The notes beneath the pieces were generated by a model. The model worked only from the letters and a program-made list of their open reading frames with translations, was not told the DNA's origin and did not search any database. A DNA stretch of 12,807 nucleotides from Myxococcota bacterium (lineage in GTDB: Bacteria; Myxococcota_A; Bradymonadia; UBA7976; UBA1532): contig JAYZEG010000078.1 in the NCBI GenBank assembly GCA_036337435.1, positions 1-12,807 on the forward strand. The letters are read 5' to 3'. Position numbers and translations under genes: made by a program. This document shows, piece by piece, positions 7,762 to 12,807 of the stretch. Positions within the stretch are counted from its first letter, which is position 1, and each line of letters starts with the position of its first letter.

Positions 7762-8838
7762 ATGGCAGGTGATAGTGATCAAATAACAGGCAGCCACTTA
7801 GATGCGCTCCGGAGTCTCGCTCGTGCATACGGGCCCGGTGAGACAATTTGTATCGAGGGGGAGCCATCCAGAGACCTCCTTCTTTTGCTTCAGGGGTCCA
7901 TAGAAGTCCTCAAGGGCGATACGGTCATCAACACAGTGCGTGGCCGCCAAGTTTTCTTGGGACAAATTGCATTCTTCAATTCGCAAAAGCGCACCGCGAC
8001 CCTACGCGCATTGACCCGGTGTGACATCGTCCGCATCCGCGAGGAAAAGGTTGAGCAACTTTTGGCGTCCATGCCGTCTCTATCGATGCGCCTCATCCGG
8101 GATCTCACCTCCATGTTCGTTCAAAAGGAACAAGAGTTAACGCGCTACCAAGAATATGGGACGAGTGCCAATTTAGCACTCCAAGCGGAAGGGCTGGCAT
8201 CGGTGATCAATGACTTCATGCCAGCCCTTATCATCAGTATGCTCGAAGAATGCTCCACAGACACTCGCTTGGCTGTCATGAACGCATTTATTGATGGGCT
8301 ACCGAAGCGGTGCGATCTATCCAATATGAGCATCAGTCGGAAAAGCATCCCGACACGCATCGGCCGCGATGCGCGCAAGGAACTTGAAACGGGACTCATG
8401 GCACTGATTCAAGAGAAAACAAGTGGCGCGTCCGACCGGGCAGAACTTGGCCGAGCCGGCATGGTCATGCTGGCGAATGTGAGTCAGGAAGCTCAAAACC
8501 TGCGAACCATTAGCAGTGAACTCATGGGGTCAGACATTTCTTTCGGCACCGAAAATGAGCTTAAGAACTGCCTCAACCTCCTCGATGACATCGATGATGC
8601 CATTGAGGCAGTCCATGTCGAACACGCATTGACCTCCATGAAGCAGTTCGAAAAACACGCCGAGCAGGTCGCCCGTTACTGCAGGCTGCAGCGCAGCACA
8701 GAAGTGATTCGGGGCCATGCAAGCAAATTAGTTTCGACCTCTGGCACCATCAAAACCCAATTGGCCAAGCTCGATACACAAGACCGCGAAGGCGTGAAGC
8801 GCCAGGACATCCTTCGGAGCATGCGCTTTGAGCTATAG
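7762..8838 (+). CDS. Cyclic nucleotide-binding domain protein with an unrecognised alpha-helical C-terminal region
   Basis: N-terminal CAP_ED/cNMP pattern: YGPGETICIEGEP, LLQGSIEV, FLGQIAFF, KRTATLRA and a following C-helix. SD GGAG at about 7750-7754. No Crp HTH, TIR or enzyme motif was recognised in the remaining ~220 aa. Confidence 0.85.
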   Translation: MAGDSDQITGSHLDALRSLARAYGPGETICIEGEPSRDLLLLLQGSIEVLKGDTVINTVRGRQVFLGQIAFFNSQKRTATLRALTRCDIVRIREEKVEQLLASMPSLSMRLIRDLTSMFVQKEQELTRYQEYGTSANLALQAEGLASVINDFMPALIISMLEECSTDTRLAVMNAFIDGLPKRCDLSNMSISRKSIPTRIGRDARKELETGLMALIQEKTSGASDRAELGRAGMVMLANVSQEAQNLRTISSELMGSDISFGTENELKNCLNLLDDIDDAIEAVHVEHALTSMKQFEKHAEQVARYCRLQRSTEVIRGHASKLVSTSGTIKTQLAKLDTQDREGVKRQDILRSMRFEL

Positions 8839-8900
8839 GGTGGGTGCCACTGCCGTCATCGTTTAGATAAGCACATCCATAAGTGGTCTCCAGTTTGAGA

Positions 8901-9602
8901 TCATTCTGTTGCATCCAACGGCTCGCGAAGACCGGCTTCTATGGCGGCAAAGTACGCAGCGAACGCGCTGACCTCTTCGTTGCTACCCACCACAGCCAAA
9001 CGTGCACATTCAAGCAGTGGTGCTGTGGCCCGAGGCGCAGAGCCCCACTCTTCATGCTCAGATACGGTCATTTGGCCGGCGACGGTAATTCCGAACCGCA
9101 CGGGCCATTTTAGGTCGATAAGCGTATAGTTTCTCAGAATTCCGGGTAATTCTAATTCTGCCAAGACAAGCCCATTCTTCAACGCAACGATGTCGTTAAG
9201 GCTCGGGCTGAGGAGCTGTTTGGCGACTTCAGCACCAACCCGTTTTTCTGGATAAATGACTCTGTGTACCCCAATCTTTGTTAAAATCTTACCTTGAAGG
9301 TCATTTGTTGCCCTCGAAATTACGTATGGAATGTTCAATTCGACCAGGGCCATGGCGATGACGACCGCGGCCTCTAGATTATTTTCTCCGAGCGCCATAA
9401 GGACGGCACTGCAATCATCAAACCCTGCTGCTCTGAGGGCATGTTCATCGGTCGCATCGAGGCATACAGCGCGGCTTACCTCCTCCTTGAGTGCTTCGAT
9501 TCGATCCATATCCGAATCCGCAACAATCACATCATGACCACTGAGTTGCAGATGCCGCGCTGCCGATTCACCCAGCTGACCTAGACCAATTACTCCATAC
9601 AT
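8901..9602 (-). CDS. ktrA: KtrA/TrkA-family potassium uptake regulatory (RCK) subunit
   Basis: Rossmann motif VIGLGQLG, DATDEHALRAAG, KILTKIGVHRVIYPE and a degenerate RCK_C domain. SD AGGAGG overlaps the ktrB stop. Confidence 0.9.
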   Translation of the reverse strand: MYGVIGLGQLGESAARHLQLSGHDVIVADSDMDRIEALKEEVSRAVCLDATDEHALRAAGFDDCSAVLMALGENNLEAAVVIAMALVELNIPYVISRATNDLQGKILTKIGVHRVIYPEKRVGAEVAKQLLSPSLNDIVALKNGLVLAELELPGILRNYTLIDLKWPVRFGITVAGQMTVSEHEEWGSAPRATAPLLECARLAVVGSNEEVSAFAAYFAAIEAGLREPLDATE

Positions 9603-9617
9603 AGCTACTGCTTCCTC

Positions 9618-11342
9618 CTACCCCACGTTAATCCGGCCCGTCGGATACTTGATCCGGCTGCCCCTCTCCCCACCGAGCAAGGCTGCTGTCGCAATGGTGA
9701 GGGGACCCAAACGACCAAAGAACATCAAGACACAAACAATCAATTTTCCAGCGGTCGACAAATCGCCAGTGATGCCCATTGACAATCCAGTTGTCCCGAG
9801 GGCACTCGCTGATTCAAAAACAACCCGCATGGGTACGAGATCGGGCTCAACCCAGAGAAGACACATGGTCCCAAAAAGAAACGCCGACAAAACAGCACCC
9901 AAGATGGCCAAAGCCTTCAGCACAATTGTTAATTCGATTGTTCGGTAATGGTAGGTGACCTCTTTTCGACCCCGAATGAAGGCCCTTATGGCAAGAGCAA
10001 CCACCAGCAAAGTGGTCGTTTTAATTCCACCCCCAGTTGAGCCAGGTGATGCCCCAATGAGCATCAAAACAGACATCAAAACGATGGTTGTCGATTGCAT
10101 CTCGTCCAAGGCAATCGTACTAAATCCCGCAGTTCGAGTAGTCGCCGATTGGAAGATACTAATCAGTACGCTGGTCCCCAGTGGTTTGTCCTTCAGGAGT
10201 CCGTCGTACTCAAAGATAAACCAAAGGACAGACCCCAGAACAATCAAGATGACTGACATGGTCAACACGCCACGCGCTTGTAAACTCAATCGAGTCGTTT
10301 TTCGATGACGCAGAACCTTGTACAGACCAAGGAGCACACCAAAACCGAATCCACCTAAGGTGAACAATGAGCCAATAATGAGATTCACCCAGACATGTCC
10401 CTGAAACTCCACAAGACTGTCGGGAAAAAGAGCAAAACCAGCATTACAGAAGGCTGAGACGCTATGAAATATCGAGTAACCGAGTGCCTGGTTCCAAGCC
10501 ATTGTTTCGCTGAACGCTGGGTAGAGCAGACATGCACCGATCAGTTCGATAGCAAGGGTAAAACCCAACACCCCTTTGAGTAACGAGCGCAACTCAAGTG
10601 TATCCGTATCATCGAAGACATCCTCGACCAGGTCTCTCTCAAAAATCTTCAATTTCTGACCAAGGCTCAGGCTCAAAGCACTTCCAAAAACCATGATACC
10701 AAGACCGCCGAGCTGGATTAGAAGCAGGAGAACAGTCTGTCCAAATGGGGTCCAGGCAGTGCTGCTATCAACGGTCGTAAGGCCCGTAACACACGTCGCG
10801 CTGATGGCCGTGAAGAGGGCGTCGATGAAACTGACCTCGGACGGATCCATTTGGCTACTGGGTAAGGCCAGCAAGCCCCCCCCCAAGATCGACACGAGAA
10901 GAAACGTGACGACCAGCGTCGCGGCGGGCTTTCTGCTCAAGCGTTGGTAGAAACGAAGATCCTGGGATTTCAATTGGCTGTGGCGCAGACCCAAAAAAGC
11001 GTCGTGGATCAAGGCGAGGAAGGACGCCAATCTCAAATTGATGAGGGCAAGGCCCAAAACAAAGATGATGGCCGCAGCCGAAAGTGCCCGAAAGCTGCTT
11101 TCTTGCCGCCCCCGCCATGTCACGGCAACACGGCCTATGAAACACATCAGGATGATAACTTCGACACTTCGATAGGCCCAGAAAAACTGCTGGTCAAGTC
11201 GCTCAGCAACGGACACAAACTCCTTCGCTAACTCACCCGCGAGAGTCGCGATAACCGCCAGACACTCAATTAAATTAATGCGAAAAAGCACGGTGCGTAT
11301 GCGCGCTTCATCGGCATAAAATTTATCGATCTGGGTACCCAT
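9618..11342 (-). CDS. ktrB: KtrB/TrkH-family potassium uptake membrane subunit with an N-terminal membrane extension
   Basis: Four P-loop motifs, all with the filter Gly: SATCVTGL, SAFCNAGF, TTRTAGF and SALGTTGLS. Also IQLGGLG, PGSTGGGIKTTT, MFFGRLGPLT and the C-terminal YP..RINVG. Confidence 0.93.
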   Translation of the reverse strand: MGTQIDKFYADEARIRTVLFRINLIECLAVIATLAGELAKEFVSVAERLDQQFFWAYRSVEVIILMCFIGRVAVTWRGRQESSFRALSAAAIIFVLGLALINLRLASFLALIHDAFLGLRHSQLKSQDLRFYQRLSRKPAATLVVTFLLVSILGGGLLALPSSQMDPSEVSFIDALFTAISATCVTGLTTVDSSTAWTPFGQTVLLLLIQLGGLGIMVFGSALSLSLGQKLKIFERDLVEDVFDDTDTLELRSLLKGVLGFTLAIELIGACLLYPAFSETMAWNQALGYSIFHSVSAFCNAGFALFPDSLVEFQGHVWVNLIIGSLFTLGGFGFGVLLGLYKVLRHRKTTRLSLQARGVLTMSVILIVLGSVLWFIFEYDGLLKDKPLGTSVLISIFQSATTRTAGFSTIALDEMQSTTIVLMSVLMLIGASPGSTGGGIKTTTLLVVALAIRAFIRGRKEVTYHYRTIELTIVLKALAILGAVLSAFLFGTMCLLWVEPDLVPMRVVFESASALGTTGLSMGITGDLSTAGKLIVCVLMFFGRLGPLTIATAALLGGERGSRIKYPTGRINVG

Positions 11343-11465
11343 ATCCGCTCGTTTTTATTGAAGTTCCAAGCCATTCCAAATGACTTTATACGCCGTCGCC
11401 TTGCCAGATGTCGCCCGAGTCGGTGTCAGAGAACACATGAGGTCTAGACCTTTACTGTCGGATCG

Positions 11466-12026
11466 TTAATCGATGGCGAATTGAGTAAGATAATGTTTGA
11501 TTTCGGCGTCTTTGGCCAGCCAAGAATCGAGCATTATATCGTCATCGAAAAGGAAGCGGCCAAAGAACGGCTTACCTGCCAGGAGAGCCGGCATCCACAT
11601 GACGTCATCGGCCCACATCTCATCGAATGGAATTTTATCAACGTCGTACCAGATTGGTTTCGCCTCATCGGTTTCAGTTGGCTCGCCATCGAAATTACCG
11701 GCTCTAAAAACAGTGACATGAAGGCCGTAACCATTTGTAAATTGAAAGTTGAGCTCGCCCGAATACTCGGCGTCTCGAACTGCGATGCAGAGTTCTTCCT
11801 GTACTTCGCGAACAGCGCATGCCAAGGCCGTTTCACCCGGTTCCAGCCGACCTCCTGGGGCATTGATTTTTCCTTCGCCCAAACCTCGTTTTTTGCGGAT
11901 CAACAAAACGCGCTGATTCCGGATAACAAAGAGAAGTGTGGCGGACTCCGTCGGCACCCAAGTGCTCCAGTCCATTGGGGGCCTGTCGTTCAATTGACGT
12001 ACAACGTGGGGTTTATTTGGGTCCAT
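11466..12026 (-). CDS. MTH1/NUDT1-like Nudix hydrolase (8-oxo-dGTP diphosphatase)
   Basis: Nudix box GGRLEPGETALACAVREVQEELCI. MTH1-family motifs LLIRKKRGLGEGKIN and IPFDEMWADD..W. SD AGGAGG upstream. Confidence 0.9.
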   Translation of the reverse strand: MDPNKPHVVRQLNDRPPMDWSTWVPTESATLLFVIRNQRVLLIRKKRGLGEGKINAPGGRLEPGETALACAVREVQEELCIAVRDAEYSGELNFQFTNGYGLHVTVFRAGNFDGEPTETDEAKPIWYDVDKIPFDEMWADDVMWMPALLAGKPFFGRFLFDDDIMLDSWLAKDAEIKHYLTQFAID

Positions 12027-12273
12027 AAATCTATTTGGCCCTCCTACGTGTCGACATTGGCACTCCTTGCAGTCGATAACAAGGTTGTAAAATTACTCAA
12101 TGACAGCAAAAAAACAGCCTTTGTTGTCGAGGAGTGGAATAGACACAGCACAATCCGTGTCTACACTGTCCAACGGCATTCATTGATGGGTCCATCTAAT
12201 CATTTGCGTTAACAACACCAATAAGCGATGGTGGGCTCGAGATTTTGTAGAATAAAGCGGAGCGGGTGACGTC

Positions 12274-12288
12274 GGTAACGCCGTTACC
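12274..12288. promoter_or_regulatory. Perfect 7-1-7 inverted repeat GGTAACG-C-CGTTACC, candidate operator in the divergent promoter region
   Basis: Seen directly in the sequence. The 1-nt spacer suits a dimeric DNA-binding protein better than an RNA hairpin. Confidence 0.4.
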
Positions 12289-12376
12289 ACCAACTCAAAA
12301 TCGTTTTAACTTTTAATCATATGCAGTCTGGCCATCGTTTTGGCGCGAGGCTGATTTTAGTTCGGAGTACAGATTG

Positions 12377-12807
12377 ATGAAATCACGACTTTACACTGTG
12401 GCACTCTTTGCGATGTCTTTCCTTTTTGCCGGGTTCGCAAATGCGAGCCCAGCCGAACAAGCCAACATGATGCCAGGCGTAACCAAGCTAGTGATCCAGA
12501 TCGTCTTGGCACAGCTTAAATCAACCAAGTTGTTTAAAGAACTGGTCGCATCGTCTCCAAATTATCAGGCGGCCATGACCCAATTTACGGAACAGAGCGG
12601 TATCGATGCCAAAAAAATTAAGATGGTCACAGTTGGTTTCTTTGACTTGCCCACAAAAAACCCGATGGCAATCCTTCTGGATGTTCCCTTCCCTGCTCAA
12701 CCGAAAGGGACAATCGCCAAAAAGAAAATGGGAAAACAGACATACTATCAAATCAACGGGGGCGCCGTTGCAGCCCCTTACAAAGGCCGAGTTTTGATGA
12801 CCGAAGA
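12377..12807 (+). CDS. Exported hypothetical protein, truncated by the window edge (not in the ORF track)
   Basis: Manual translation from the ATG at 12377 gives MKSRLYTVALFAMSFLFAGFANA-SPAEQANMMPGVTKLVIQI... with no stop before the window end. Classical Sec signal ending A-N-A; SD GGAG at 12364-12367. Confidence 0.8.
   Translation, partial: MKSRLYTVALFAMSFLFAGFANASPAEQANMMPGVTKLVIQIVLAQLKSTKLFKELVASSPNYQAAMTQFTEQSGIDAKKIKMVTVGFFDLPTKNPMAILLDVPFPAQPKGTIAKKKMGKQTYYQINGGAVAAPYKGRVLMTE

Noticed and set aside
5600..8838. Pycsar-type anti-phage system (cyclase plus cNMP effector)
   Set aside because: The cyclase is a membrane receptor with purine-type specificity residues, not a soluble PycC. 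The effector has no TIR or transmembrane domain, and there is no defence-island context.
8839..8900. Bidirectional intrinsic terminator between the convergent genes
   Set aside because: No strong GC hairpin with a U-tract was seen on either strand.
7762..11342. Functional link between the cNMP module and the Ktr potassium channel
   Set aside because: The genes are convergent and adjacency is the only evidence.
12097..12195. Minus-strand 32-aa Cys-rich ORF (MDPSMNAVGQCRHGLCCVYSTPRQQRLFFCCH) as a leader peptide
   Set aside because: It has no SD and overlaps the hairpin, and an ORF this short is expected by chance. Ribosome profiling would be needed to support it.
11481..12212. 243-aa + strand ORF
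   Set aside because: It is antisense to the well-supported Nudix gene and has no recognisable motifs.
12224..12280. Fluoride-riboswitch-like start (GCGATGGTG)
   Set aside because: The P1 partner and the downstream conserved elements are not convincingly present, and there is no fluoride-related gene downstream.

Overview
Bacterial chromosomal window of moderate GC (roughly 50-55% by eye). The gene content (DUF1592/DUF1588 + DUF1552 pair, Cys-rich acidic lipoprotein, 7TMR-DISM cyclase) suggests a Myxococcota/deltaproteobacterium-like organism; this is an inference. Plus strand: an unknown exported protein; an operon of a CxxCH cytochrome-c lipoprotein (DUF1587/1595/1592/1588/1585 type), a Tat-exported DUF1552 protein split by one in-frame TAA, and a Cys-rich lipoprotein; then a 7TMR-DISM receptor class III nucleotidyl cyclase followed by a cNMP-binding protein with an unrecognised helical C-terminus. 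Minus strand: an MTH1-like Nudix hydrolase, ktrB/trkH and ktrA/trkA. A further exported protein, missing from the ORF track, runs off the right edge. Main observation: the cyclase has Glu/Gly at the substrate-specifying positions (guanylate-cyclase type, like Synechocystis Cya2), and the adjacent cNMP domain has an Arg-Thr phosphate-binding cassette. Together they look like a receptor guanylate cyclase plus cGMP effector module with an unknown output. No rRNA, tRNA, CRISPR array or mobile element was seen.
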